64,000 nucleotides of DNA, taken from the NCBI GenBank assembly GCA_041558875.1, contig JBFFEL010000004.1:6980-70979 (forward strand). The letters run 5' to 3'. The stretch comes from Anaerolineales bacterium (lineage in GTDB: Bacteria > Chloroflexota > Anaerolineae > Anaerolineales > UBA4823). The notes beneath the pieces are model-generated. The model made no database searches and was not told the origin of the DNA. It worked only from the letters and a program-made list of their open reading frames with translations. Below are positions 9,402 to 18,736 of this stretch, piece by piece (within the stretch, counting starts at the first letter, position 1; every line of letters begins with the position of its first letter). The position numbers were made by a program, and so were the translations under genes.

Positions 9402-11039
9402 ATGAAAACACGCCTTTTGACCGGATTGACTGTCGGTTTGTTCATCGGTTTGCCATGGCTGGCTTTGATGTATGCTGGCCAGCAGGTTATCGGTACTCCG
9501 CATATCCCTTTCGAATTATTTGAATATCTCACCCGGGTACTGCCCGGTGGGATGATTTCCCTGGGGATAGAGTGGCTGATCGAGTTTGTCACTTTTTTCG
9601 GTTTAGGACAGACTTCAGCATCCGGAAAAATAATCGAAATCGCTGCCGCTTACCTGCTGGCATTAGCGGTGTTGAGCATGCTGGGGGGATTATTCGCAGT
9701 CACCCTGCAGGGACTGAAATCACCCTGGGGAGTTAGAGGGATCTTTGCAGGTCTGATTTTGACCGCATTCACCTTGTTGTTGGCAAACTGGGGTGGTTGG
9801 GGAAGATCCCTATTGGGGGTCAGCCTCACCTGGCTGCTGATCACCGGCCTGGCCTGGGGGATAATACTTGCCTGGTGTGTTGATCGCTTGTTGCTGTCTG
9901 CTGCAGAACCAGCGAATAGCAGCCGGAAAAGAGTTCTTAGTGAGCTGGCAGTTGGTTCACTCGTCGTATCAGGATTGGCAGTCGGTTTAGCTCGCTGGCT
10001 AATTCCCCAACCTGGGAAGCAAGAGGTGGCTGGGACTTCATTTACCCCACAACCAACAGCAATTCCGCCAACAGGTCCCCCTCCCAAGCCGGGTTTTGAA
10101 CCTATACCCGGCACCAGACCTGAGATCACACCGATGGATGATTTTTACCGGGTCGATATCAACCTGCTGCCGCCCGGCGATGAGGAGTTTCTTGACAGCA
10201 GCGATCCGCTTGTGCAAACCCTGCTTCAACAGGGTGGAGAGACAGATCTGCCTGCTGAAACCTACATTTTGATTGTGGATGGATTGGTCAAGAACCCACT
10301 GGCATTGAGCCTCGACGATTTAAAATCCTACCCAGAGGTCGCGCAATTCGCGACGCTGGAATGCATATCCAACCGGGTAGGTGGAGACTTAATCGGCACA
10401 ACCCTGTTCCAGGGTGTACGTTTGAGAGACGTGCTTGAAACTGCAGACCCGGATCCTTCGGTATTAGATATTAAATTCACCTGTGTAGATGGTTACTCGG
10501 AATCACTACTGTTAGAAGCCGCCATGGATCCCGAGACGATCCTCTGCCATTCGATGGGCAACCAACCGCTCACAAAATCGCACGGTGCGCCTCTGCGGTT
10601 GTACACACCCAATCGTTTTGGGATCAAGAATCCCAAGTGGTTGATCAAAATTGAAGCCATCGACACGGATTATCTCGGATTTTGGCAGAAGCGGCGATGG
10701 AGTGAGAGCGGCTTTATTAAATCCACTTCTGTAATTGATACTGTTCAAATTGAACCTGGCGGACTGACACAGGTTGGCGGAATCGCATTCACGGGAGCGC
10801 GCGGCATCCAGGGGGTAGAATGGCGAGTAGATGAAGGTCCCTGGATGACGGCCGAGATCGACCGCGCCCTCTCAAATCTTACCTGGGTTCTGTGGAGGGG
10901 TTCTGCCGAGTTGCCCCCTGGTGATCACAAGATCACAGTACGAGCAATTGATGGCACCGGTCAAATCCAAACCGATAGAATATCCAGGGCGTATCCCAAT
11001 GGGGCAACCGGGCACCACTCAAAGAAAATCACCATCTAA
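9402..11039 (+). CDS. Membrane-anchored molybdopterin-dependent oxidoreductase (sulfite-oxidase family)
   Basis: 545 aa. It has an N-terminal multi-TM region and a Pro-rich linker. The SUOX-type Moco domain carries LECISNRVGG (Mo-ligand Cys context) and HGAPLRLYTPNRFGIKNPKWLIKIEAID. An Ig-like C-terminal domain follows. Confidence 0.8.
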   Translation: MKTRLLTGLTVGLFIGLPWLALMYAGQQVIGTPHIPFELFEYLTRVLPGGMISLGIEWLIEFVTFFGLGQTSASGKIIEIAAAYLLALAVLSMLGGLFAVTLQGLKSPWGVRGIFAGLILTAFTLLLANWGGWGRSLLGVSLTWLLITGLAWGIILAWCVDRLLLSAAEPANSSRKRVLSELAVGSLVVSGLAVGLARWLIPQPGKQEVAGTSFTPQPTAIPPTGPPPKPGFEPIPGTRPEITPMDDFYRVDINLLPPGDEEFLDSSDPLVQTLLQQGGETDLPAETYILIVDGLVKNPLALSLDDLKSYPEVAQFATLECISNRVGGDLIGTTLFQGVRLRDVLETADPDPSVLDIKFTCVDGYSESLLLEAAMDPETILCHSMGNQPLTKSHGAPLRLYTPNRFGIKNPKWLIKIEAIDTDYLGFWQKRRWSESGFIKSTSVIDTVQIEPGGLTQVGGIAFTGARGIQGVEWRVDEGPWMTAEIDRALSNLTWVLWRGSAELPPGDHKITVRAIDGTGQIQTDRISRAYPNGATGHHSKKITI

Positions 11040-11261
11040 ATCAACATTTATTTCTTATTAGAAAGGGTGGAGCAGTCAAGAGTATCGATTGACTTGTCTG
11101 GTTACAGCTTCAACTTCCGGCATTATTTGTCAAAGCAATGTAATGGTACTGAACTAATCATCACAAAATGGAAACGAGTCTGCTTTCACTATAAATGGGA
11201 GCAAATGCTCAAGTAGCCGCTTTTTCTGGCTGACAAGAATTTCCCCCGCAGAGCTTTTCTT

Positions 11262-12248
11262 TTACGGGAAAGCCAGGAGGATTTCTGTAATCTTCTCGGT
11301 TTCCCAGGCGTGCTTGAACGCATCGACCATCAAAGGATCGTATTGGGTGCCACTCCCTGAGACCACTTCATTAAAAGCTTGCTCAGGGGTGAGTTCTTTA
11401 CGGTACGGTCGCTCAGTCGTCATCGCATCGAACGAGTCAGCGATCGCCACAATGCGCGCCATGAGGGGGATATTCTCCCCCTGCAAGCCGTGGGGATAGC
11501 CGCTGCCATTCCACCGTTCATGGTGGGAGAGGATCACCGGCACCGCCGAATCAAGGTAATGGATTCCCTGTACGAGCTCAACTCCCATTTCCGGATGCAT
11601 TTTCATCTCGATCCACTCTTCGTCACTCAATGTTCCTTCTTTACGCAGGATAGTCTCAGAAATGTGGATCTTTCCAATGTCGTGTAATATGGAACCAAAG
11701 CGCAGGGTGTTAATTTCATTCACGGACCAGCCCAGATATTCTGCTATTGTTTGGGCATAGTTCATGACCCGTTCGACATGACCGCGGGTGTAAGGATCAC
11801 GCACCTCGATCGCATTGGCCAGCATGATCAAACTAGCTTCATACGATTCCTGCAATTGTGCCAATAACAGCTGCTGGCTGCGCCCCAAACGTGCGCGAAT
11901 TGCGGTGAGTAAATCTTCAGGCGCGATCGGTTTGAGCAAATAATCTTCCGCTCCCAACCGCTTTCCTGCAAGGATGTGCCTGCGCTCCCGCCGGGCGGTT
12001 AGAAAGATGAATGGAATTGAGATCCATTCTGATTTGCCCCGGACAGCCTCGAACAGTTCGTATCCATCCATTTCGGGCATCAAGATATCTGCCAGGATCA
12101 AATCCGGAGTGGTCTCCTCCATCTTTTCCAAGGCCTCAATCCCATTAGCCCCCGTAATTACCTCGTAATTTTCCTGTTCTAATAATGACTTCAATCCCTG
12201 ACGGAGGACATCACTATCCTCAACCAGTAAGATCACTTCCTCTGTCAT
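11262..12248 (-). CDS. Response regulator with HD-GYP output domain (c-di-GMP phosphodiesterase type)
   Basis: 328 aa. The receiver has ILLVEDSD...DLILADILMPEMDG. The HD-GYP domain has LHDIGKI and HHERWNGSGYP. Confidence 0.9.
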   Translation of the reverse strand: MTEEVILLVEDSDVLRQGLKSLLEQENYEVITGANGIEALEKMEETTPDLILADILMPEMDGYELFEAVRGKSEWISIPFIFLTARRERRHILAGKRLGAEDYLLKPIAPEDLLTAIRARLGRSQQLLLAQLQESYEASLIMLANAIEVRDPYTRGHVERVMNYAQTIAEYLGWSVNEINTLRFGSILHDIGKIHISETILRKEGTLSDEEWIEMKMHPEMGVELVQGIHYLDSAVPVILSHHERWNGSGYPHGLQGENIPLMARIVAIADSFDAMTTERPYRKELTPEQAFNEVVSGSGTQYDPLMVDAFKHAWETEKITEILLAFP

Positions 12249-12254
12249 GTCAGG

Positions 12255-15083
12255 TTACCTTACTATTGTTTTTTCCATTTCCGGGAACCACACCCGAAAT
12301 GTCGATCCTTCACCATCGACACTTTCCCAATCGATTTTTCCCTCGTGTAAATCGACAATCTCCTTAACGATCGCCAACCCTAAACCCGATCCCATGAACT
12401 TCGACTGGCTGACTTTCTGGCCGCGGTAAAACCGTTCAAATAAGTGAGGAAAATCAGCTTCATCAATGCCAATCCCCGTATCTTGCACTTCCACCCAGGC
12501 ACCGTTGCCATCTCCATAGGTCTTGACTTTGACGAATCCCTCATTTGTGTAGCGGAGCGCATTGGTCAAGAGGTTGGTAAGCACTCTGGCGATCTGGTTT
12601 TGTTCACCAAAAATTCGGGGTAAGTTTTCACTGGGTTTAAAAGCCAAGGTTAAGCCGCTCTCCTCCGCCAGCGGGGAGTGAGCCGCGACTACCTGTTCAG
12701 TAATCAGATTCAAGTCTAAATCACTGAATTCAGTTCGTTTAAATTTACCTACCTCCAACCTGGAGAGATCCAGAATGTCCTCGATCATCCTCATCAGCTG
12801 GCTGATCTCTGTCTTCAGGACCCGCATGTATTCTTCTTTCTTTTCTGGTCTTCCACGTTCCAAGAGCTCAGCGAATAAACCCATATTCGTCACAGGTGTG
12901 CGTAATTCATGGGAAACTTCCAGGATGAACTGGTCTTTCAAACGTTCGAGTTCTTTATACTGGGTTATGTCACGCTGGCTGCTGACGTAGCCCATGATCT
13001 CTCCCTGCTGATTGCGCAGGGGAGTGATCGTCAAGAGCACATCGTAATGACGACCACCTTTTTTGGTAGTGTTGAGTTCCCCGCTCCAGTGGAAGTCACG
13101 CTGAAGAGATTCTTGAATCTCGACCGATTTCTCCTGGTTTTCATGCCCATTGAGCAACGAATACAGTGAATGCCCAATCGCTTCATCCGCTTGATATCCA
13201 GACTGCTCTTCAAAGGCCTGGTTTACAGTAAGTATGTTCCCTTCTAAATCTGTGACCACCACGCCGTCAGCAACACTGGATAGCACAGCTTCAACCCTCT
13301 CTTTTGCATCGAACAGCTCAGCTGTCCGTTCCTCGACACGCTTCTCCAGTTCGGCTGCATATTGTCTCAGGCGAGTGACCAGATGAATATTCTCGATCAG
13401 CGGTCCCATCTGCCTGGAAACGATCCGCAAAATATCCATATCCTCCCCGCTAAACATATCACCTCCGGTTTTCGGACCCAGGGCTAACAATCCCAATACC
13501 TGACCATGTCCAATCACTGGAACCCAGAGATAAATCTGTTCGCTTGCCAACAATTCGTGCTCTTCTGGGGAGAGCTCCACCTCAGCGAGGGTTTCACGCA
13601 AGGAATCAATGCCAACGGCGCCGATGTTCAAAAGGTAAGTCAAGCTGTTTTGTGGAAGGGTCTGGAAGGTCAGCAAATCATGATCACCAGGTTTTGGATG
13701 CGGGGCTACTTCGATGACTGAAAAACTACCATCCAAATCACGCAAGAAGACACAGGCATCCTCCAACTGCAAGACGCTCACCAGGCGATCGCCAATCGTC
13801 CTGGCTAACAGCGTCATTTCAGTGATCTGTTCCAAAGAGCGGGTGATCTTCGTTACCGCTGATCGGTAGTCATACCAGCTGCCGTAAAACGCAGTGTCAA
13901 CCAGGCGCTGGACTCGGCGATAAAAAAACGGGAAAATACTAGCCATCACCAGCACCAAAATTGTGTTAAGCAAGGCATCTGGCAGGAAATCGAGACTGAT
14001 CAGGTTGATGATGGCATATAACACGACATAAATGCCGCCCAAGATCGAGAAGACCAGGATGAACGTCGCACCCCGGTTGACATGCCGGTCGATCTCGATC
14101 AACCGGTGGCGGACGATCGCATACCCATAAGTCAGGGGGAACAAGCCCAGGAACAAAAAGGCAGAATTATAAGACAGAATCGGCTGGGCAAAAAGCACAT
14201 CCGGCAGAAGGGTTAATGTTATTATCGGCGCCAGGCTAAGCACCCCACCCAAGACGACGATCCTGATCTGGCTGCGAACACCGGGTGAGGTTGCATTTTG
14301 GTAGCCATGAACCAGTATCGCAATCACCAACGCCAGGTTTATCGTGAGGAAAACGAGTCCCTCGGCATAGTATTGTGCATACCATTCAAAGGATCGAACT
14401 GTGCGCGCTCCCAAAATCAAATAGGGCAAGCCCCCGATGAGAGCGATCGTATATAATGCAATCAATAATGCCCGTCTGTGGCGAAATTGAAATCTTTGGG
14501 GAAAGTAATAGTGCAAGCTCACAGTCACCGGACCAACCACCCACAACAAAAAATTAAACAGATTGGAAGTCCAACCTGGGCCGGCGAAAGAAATCATGCC
14601 GGAGGTCAATAATAGGGCACTGACCTGAGTGAACAAGAAAAACAGGTTCGAGGTGATATCACCAGGTTTGAATGCGAGCACACCAACGCCCATGCCCCAG
14701 AAAACTAGCGCAAGAATCAAGACTACCGCTACGGATAAGATTAACTCAATCCCCGGCTCAGTCAGCTGGATGGACAAAGTAATTAATTCATTATTACGAC
14801 TGACAACAAATTCCGCAGTATCACCTGGATGCTTGTTTTCATAATATAGGGTGGCATCACGATAAGGAACGCCATCAATAGCAACGATAATATCCCCCAC
14901 CTCCAGCTGGTTGATTTCCCTGCCAAAAGTATCTAATTCCCGGATAACACCAGTTGTACTTAAACTAAGGGTGCCATCATGCGGATAAGTAATCACCGCA
15001 TAGGCGCTCCACCCGATGAAGATCAACGAGATCAGCGCCAGTATGAATGGAAAACCTCTCCACCAACGCTGTGAAGTTAACAA
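12255..15083 (-). CDS. Multi-domain sensor histidine kinase (PDZ-like N-domain, multi-TM, GAF, PAS, HisKA, HATPase_c)
   Basis: 942 aa. H-box is SHELRTPVT, N-box LLTNALRY, and G-boxes DTGIGI / GSGLGLAIV. TTG start with GGAGG upstream. Only 6 nt separate it from the downstream response regulator. Confidence 0.9.
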   Translation of the reverse strand: MLTSQRWWRGFPFILALISLIFIGWSAYAVITYPHDGTLSLSTTGVIRELDTFGREINQLEVGDIIVAIDGVPYRDATLYYENKHPGDTAEFVVSRNNELITLSIQLTEPGIELILSVAVVLILALVFWGMGVGVLAFKPGDITSNLFFLFTQVSALLLTSGMISFAGPGWTSNLFNFLLWVVGPVTVSLHYYFPQRFQFRHRRALLIALYTIALIGGLPYLILGARTVRSFEWYAQYYAEGLVFLTINLALVIAILVHGYQNATSPGVRSQIRIVVLGGVLSLAPIITLTLLPDVLFAQPILSYNSAFLFLGLFPLTYGYAIVRHRLIEIDRHVNRGATFILVFSILGGIYVVLYAIINLISLDFLPDALLNTILVLVMASIFPFFYRRVQRLVDTAFYGSWYDYRSAVTKITRSLEQITEMTLLARTIGDRLVSVLQLEDACVFLRDLDGSFSVIEVAPHPKPGDHDLLTFQTLPQNSLTYLLNIGAVGIDSLRETLAEVELSPEEHELLASEQIYLWVPVIGHGQVLGLLALGPKTGGDMFSGEDMDILRIVSRQMGPLIENIHLVTRLRQYAAELEKRVEERTAELFDAKERVEAVLSSVADGVVVTDLEGNILTVNQAFEEQSGYQADEAIGHSLYSLLNGHENQEKSVEIQESLQRDFHWSGELNTTKKGGRHYDVLLTITPLRNQQGEIMGYVSSQRDITQYKELERLKDQFILEVSHELRTPVTNMGLFAELLERGRPEKKEEYMRVLKTEISQLMRMIEDILDLSRLEVGKFKRTEFSDLDLNLITEQVVAAHSPLAEESGLTLAFKPSENLPRIFGEQNQIARVLTNLLTNALRYTNEGFVKVKTYGDGNGAWVEVQDTGIGIDEADFPHLFERFYRGQKVSQSKFMGSGLGLAIVKEIVDLHEGKIDWESVDGEGSTFRVWFPEMEKTIVR

Positions 15084-15212
15084 GATTTAAACACCCTCCA
15101 CCACTCAATCCCGATTTCATTTTAGCATATCTGGCCGATTCAGTATCCACCAAATATTGAATCTATACAATTCTGTTATTTATTTAACGAGGACTAACCG
15201 CGAATAATACAC

Positions 15213-15250
15213 TTAATTCCCAGAATTAGAACTGCAAACCTGGGAATTAA
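15213..15250. promoter_or_regulatory. Perfect 11-bp inverted repeat (terminator or operator candidate)
   Basis: TTAATTCCCAG (15213-15223) and CTGGGAATTAA (15240-15250) are separated by 16 nt. It lies between the stop of 15312..16274 and the start of the kinase gene. Confidence 0.4.
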
Positions 15251-15311
15251 TCATTGAGAGGCTGTATAGAATTTCACAAAAAAATTGGATACGTTGTCTC
15301 CTTGATATTAC

Positions 15312-16274
15312 CTATCCAACCTTTAACCCCCCAATCAACTCCATTAGCTGATCAGCTGCTGGCGCCAGTGGGTCAGCGTCCTGCAAAAATCCCACGCCCG
15401 AATTGTAATGACGCTCCATCTCCGCCAGCAGGTAGAGCCCTGCCCCACTCCTGTCAAGAATTTCTATTATCTCGTTGACCAACTCTGGGTCATCTGAATT
15501 CAACGCAATCAATTCATTCAGCCGGGTTATTTCTGTCTCCGGGAGCACATCAAGTGCATAGGTAAAGGCGAGTGACTGTTGAATGTTTTTGGGCACCTTT
15601 GTGATCCCCTCAGTCAATAAAGATTGCAATTCTTGTATATCATCATGAATTTGCAGCATCAAGCCCAGATGAACGCCATAATTACTAAAAGCAGCGATCT
15701 TCTCTGAGTCGCCAGTACCAAGACGAGCGCCCGACCGACAGGCCAGCGAAAAAAAAGAACCCGTCTTCGCCCCTGCAACCTGCCACCATTGTTTGAGAGA
15801 AAGCTGTGGAACATTTATATCCTGGTGTTGACCGCTGGTCATGACCAGGATCGTGTTGTAGAAATCTGCATTAATTTCACGGGCTTGCATTTTGGAGTGC
15901 GCTTTCTCAAACAAAGCGTTCAGCACCAAAGCGGCGCTTAAAAAATAACCATTGGCAAGATTGATCGCTGATCCCGGTCCGCCTAAGGCGTTAATTTCGT
16001 CCACATTGTCAACATCTTCAACACTATCGACAAGATGGCCGGCCAGATGCAATATGAGCCAGGCTGCAGATACTTCTTTCGCCAGCTGGAATTCTCCGCC
16101 AGCCGCCTGGCAGCAAAGCCCTGGCAGCAGTGCCCAACGAAGGTTCCGATCTGGTTCAATTCCCTCTTCTGGCAGGAGAAAGCGCATGGCCTCGAGAAAG
16201 TCAGGCCACGCGCTTGAAGACTCCCAGTTCTCATTTATGAACTGGATCAATGAGAGAAATTGTTTATCTGTCAA
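15312..16274 (-). CDS. Divergent polyprenyl-synthetase / isoprenoid-synthase-fold protein
   Basis: 320 aa. It aligns by eye to trans-prenyl synthases. AAWLILHLAGHLVDSVEDVD sits where the first DDxxD is expected (here DSVED). GQHQDI and KTGSFFSLACRSGARLG follow, then LMLQIHDDIQEL at the second motif (DDIQE). Confidence 0.5.
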   Translation of the reverse strand: MTDKQFLSLIQFINENWESSSAWPDFLEAMRFLLPEEGIEPDRNLRWALLPGLCCQAAGGEFQLAKEVSAAWLILHLAGHLVDSVEDVDNVDEINALGGPGSAINLANGYFLSAALVLNALFEKAHSKMQAREINADFYNTILVMTSGQHQDINVPQLSLKQWWQVAGAKTGSFFSLACRSGARLGTGDSEKIAAFSNYGVHLGLMLQIHDDIQELQSLLTEGITKVPKNIQQSLAFTYALDVLPETEITRLNELIALNSDDPELVNEIIEILDRSGAGLYLLAEMERHYNSGVGFLQDADPLAPAADQLMELIGGLKVG

Positions 16275-16287
16275 TTGTTATTTGGAT

Positions 16288-16494
16288 CTATCGCCAGCCG
16301 TACCAAAGGAATGGCTTAACGATCCGGCGGATTTCTGTCCGCTCACTGCCCTTTAGGGTTGAAAGAAGAAAGGCAATTTCCTCTTTACTCAGGGACCACC
16401 CGCGTGCGCTCAGAGCTCCCTGGGGATTGGTTTTTAACTGTGATGCGAAATCCTTATCTGTGGAAATTTGGTATACGACCTGTGCGAGTGCCAT
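16288..16494 (-). CDS. Small protein with Nif11/NHLP-like leader-type N-terminus and aromatic C-terminus (RiPP-precursor candidate)
   Basis: 68 aa with GAGGAG SD. The QISTDKDFASQLKTNPQGALSARGWSLSKEEIAFL pattern resembles Nif11/NHLP-clan leader domains. The C-terminal ...RRIVKPFLWYGWR is aromatic. The gene ends 13 nt upstream of 15312..16274. Confidence 0.4.
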   Translation of the reverse strand: MALAQVVYQISTDKDFASQLKTNPQGALSARGWSLSKEEIAFLLSTLKGSERTEIRRIVKPFLWYGWR

Positions 16495-16747
16495 ACTAAT
16501 CTCCTCAATGTGGGTGGGTTATTATATTCTTCCCTGAACGCTCTTCAGCCGCCCTCCTTCAAAACAGCTAAAAACCATCCAGGAAGATGATTTCGTACGA
16601 TGTATCTAGTGGGTTATCTTATGCCTTCACCTCCCTGAGTTTTGATGGACGATTCTGCGCGAATCCTTTCATTTTTGATAACTCGTTAACATTATATTAA
16701 TATTCAAATATTGTCAAGTGATTATTTTAACGTGTTATTTAAAGTTT

Positions 16748-16813
16748 AAAAGTGGACAGTTTAAACCTGAAAAGTGGACTGTTTACGCTTGAAAAGCGGA
16801 CACCTAGAAATAT
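16748..16813. repeat. Three tandem 22-bp direct repeats (AAAAGYGGAC core) in a divergent promoter region
   Basis: AAAAGTGGACAGTTTAAACCTG / AAAAGTGGACTGTTTACGCTTG / AAAAGCGGACACCTAGAAATAT. The period is 22 bp, about two helical turns. They lie about 110-175 nt upstream of the MBL hydrolase start. Confidence 0.6.
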
Positions 16814-16924
16814 AAGAAAAAACAAAAGTGACGGCAGGCTAGACATGAACCCTTTTTTCCAAAATTCTTGCTATAAATTCGATGTATACTTATTCCCGTT
16901 ATCTGGCTCAATAAAGGAAGTTGA

Positions 16925-17848
16925 ATGCAAAACCAGCTCCAGGTGAATGACCACACGATACACACCCTAGATTTAAACTTCATGGGTATTAAGGGAGCGA
17001 TCTCCTGCTTTATGATCCCCCACCAGGACGGCGTGGTGCTTGTAGAATGCGGTCCTGGTTCAACAATACCTGTCCTTCAAGCTCAACTCAATTCATTTGG
17101 ATACAATGCCAAGGATGTCACCGATGTCCTTGTGACCCATATTCACCTGGATCATGCGGGAGCTTCGGGATGGTTCGCTGAACGAGGAGCTCAAATTCAC
17201 GTCCACCCGGTTGGCGCGCCCCATCTGATCGACCCTCAGAAACTGCTGGCCAGCGCGGGTCGCATCTATGGCGATAGAATGGATCTACTTTGGGGGGAAT
17301 TCCTGCCGGTCCCCGAATCCCAGCTCAACATCCACCATGATCGAGAGATCATTGAGATCAATAACCTCGTCTTCCTACCTTTAGATACGCCCGGGCACGC
17401 TTCGCATCACTTTGCCTACCTACTTGCGGGCGCCTGTTTCAGTGGTGATATCGGGGGTGTGCGCATGACAGGTGCCCGGCATATCCGCCTGCCCATGCCA
17501 CCCCCAGAATTCCACCTGGAACACTGGCGATCAAGCCTGGATATCCTCCGATCTCAGGAAATCTTTCACATCCTACCCACCCACTTTGGAATATTTTCAG
17601 ACCCAGATTGGCATCTCGCCGCGGTGGAAGGCGCCCTGGATGATGTTGAAGCCTGGATGGTCCAGTATATGCCCGAAAATCTACCAGCTGATGAATTCGA
17701 AAATGAATTTTTAAAGTGGGAGCGGCAGCGCGCACGCGCCGATCTGATCGATAATCACGACATGAATGTTTACCGGACTGCGAACCCGCCTGAAATTTCC
17801 ATGCTGGGCATCCAGCGCTACTGGCATAAATACCGCCAGCAATCTTAG
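16925..17848 (+). CDS. MBL-fold metallo-hydrolase
   Basis: 307 aa. THIHLDHAG is the HxHxDH motif. AAGGAAG SD precedes the start. Confidence 0.85.
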   Translation: MQNQLQVNDHTIHTLDLNFMGIKGAISCFMIPHQDGVVLVECGPGSTIPVLQAQLNSFGYNAKDVTDVLVTHIHLDHAGASGWFAERGAQIHVHPVGAPHLIDPQKLLASAGRIYGDRMDLLWGEFLPVPESQLNIHHDREIIEINNLVFLPLDTPGHASHHFAYLLAGACFSGDIGGVRMTGARHIRLPMPPPEFHLEHWRSSLDILRSQEIFHILPTHFGIFSDPDWHLAAVEGALDDVEAWMVQYMPENLPADEFENEFLKWERQRARADLIDNHDMNVYRTANPPEISMLGIQRYWHKYRQQS

Positions 17849-17864
17849 ATCATCTTTGGCTGGT

Positions 17865-18614
17865 ATGACAACCCAGGATCAGGAATTTCCCAATAAGATT
17901 ATTGACATCCTCCAATCCAGTCAGCGAGTAGTGGTATTAACCGGCGCGGGGGTTTCAGCCGAGAGCGGCGTGCCTACTTTCCGGCAGGCACAAACCGGAC
18001 TATGGGCTCAATATGATCCCACAGAATTGGCCACACCTGCTGCATTCGAGCGCGATCCTGGTTTAGTTTGGGAATGGTATACCTGGCGCAGGGAGCTAAT
18101 CTCAAACACTGCACCAAATCCAGGGCATTATGCACTGGCTGAGATGGAGAGGTTCTACCCCGATTTCACTTTAATCACGCAAAATGTAGATGGTTTCCAC
18201 CAACTGGCTGGCAGCCAGAAAGTAGTTGAGCTGCATGGGAATATATTTCGCACCAAGTGCACTGGCGAAGGTCAGCTCATCCAGGAATTGCCCCAAACGG
18301 ATGAATTACCTCTCCGCTGCCCAAACTGTGGGGGTCTCTTGAGGCCAGATGTGGTCTGGTTCGGGGAGAGCCTGCCGTCAAATGCCCTCGATTCAGCATT
18401 CAAAGCGGTGAAATTCTGCCAGCTATTCCTCTCAATTGGCACCTCTGCGATCATCGAACCAGCCGCCTCGCTGCCTTTTATTGCACTCAACAATGGCGCC
18501 ACAGTGATCGAGATCAACCCACAGGAAACTCCGCTGACTCCGTTAGCAAGTTATGCTGTGCCTCAACCGGCTGGTGATGTTCTTCCCAAATTGGTCAAGG
18601 CAATCAATAGTTAA
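17865..18614 (+). CDS. cobB: NAD-dependent protein deacylase (Sir2 family, CobB-type)
   Basis: Motifs are VVVLTGAGVSAESGVPTFR, ITQNVDGFH and CPNCGGLLRPDVVWFGE. Start set at ATG 17865 (MTTQDQ...). The ORF-track start at 17766 overlaps the MBL gene and adds non-homologous residues. Confidence 0.9.
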   Translation: MTTQDQEFPNKIIDILQSSQRVVVLTGAGVSAESGVPTFRQAQTGLWAQYDPTELATPAAFERDPGLVWEWYTWRRELISNTAPNPGHYALAEMERFYPDFTLITQNVDGFHQLAGSQKVVELHGNIFRTKCTGEGQLIQELPQTDELPLRCPNCGGLLRPDVVWFGESLPSNALDSAFKAVKFCQLFLSIGTSAIIEPAASLPFIALNNGATVIEINPQETPLTPLASYAVPQPAGDVLPKLVKAINS

Positions 18615-18663
18615 ACAATATCGGTTCGCAGAGTTCCGTCCAAAATCGCAGGCGATTCGAAGA

Positions 18664-18698
18664 CAACCTCCCAGCAGGATGGATTTGCTGGGAGGTTG
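18664..18698. terminator. Bidirectional hairpin between convergent cobB and korB
   Basis: 12-bp perfect stem CAACCTCCCAGC / GCTGGGAGGTTG with an 11-nt loop. The U-tracts are weak on both strands. Confidence 0.5.
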
Positions 18699-18736
18699 CT
18701 ATTAAATTTCTTCAACTGACCTGATGGTTTGAAATC

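Noticed and set aside
16748-16813. Possible mini-CRISPR array
   Set aside because: The three 22-bp units are directly adjacent with no spacers. They are imperfect, and no cas genes are in the window.
17766-17864. Upstream extension of the Sir2/CobB ORF overlapping the MBL hydrolase gene
   Set aside because: The extension overlaps 83 nt of the preceding gene and has no homology. ATG at 17865 gives a canonical sirtuin N-terminus.
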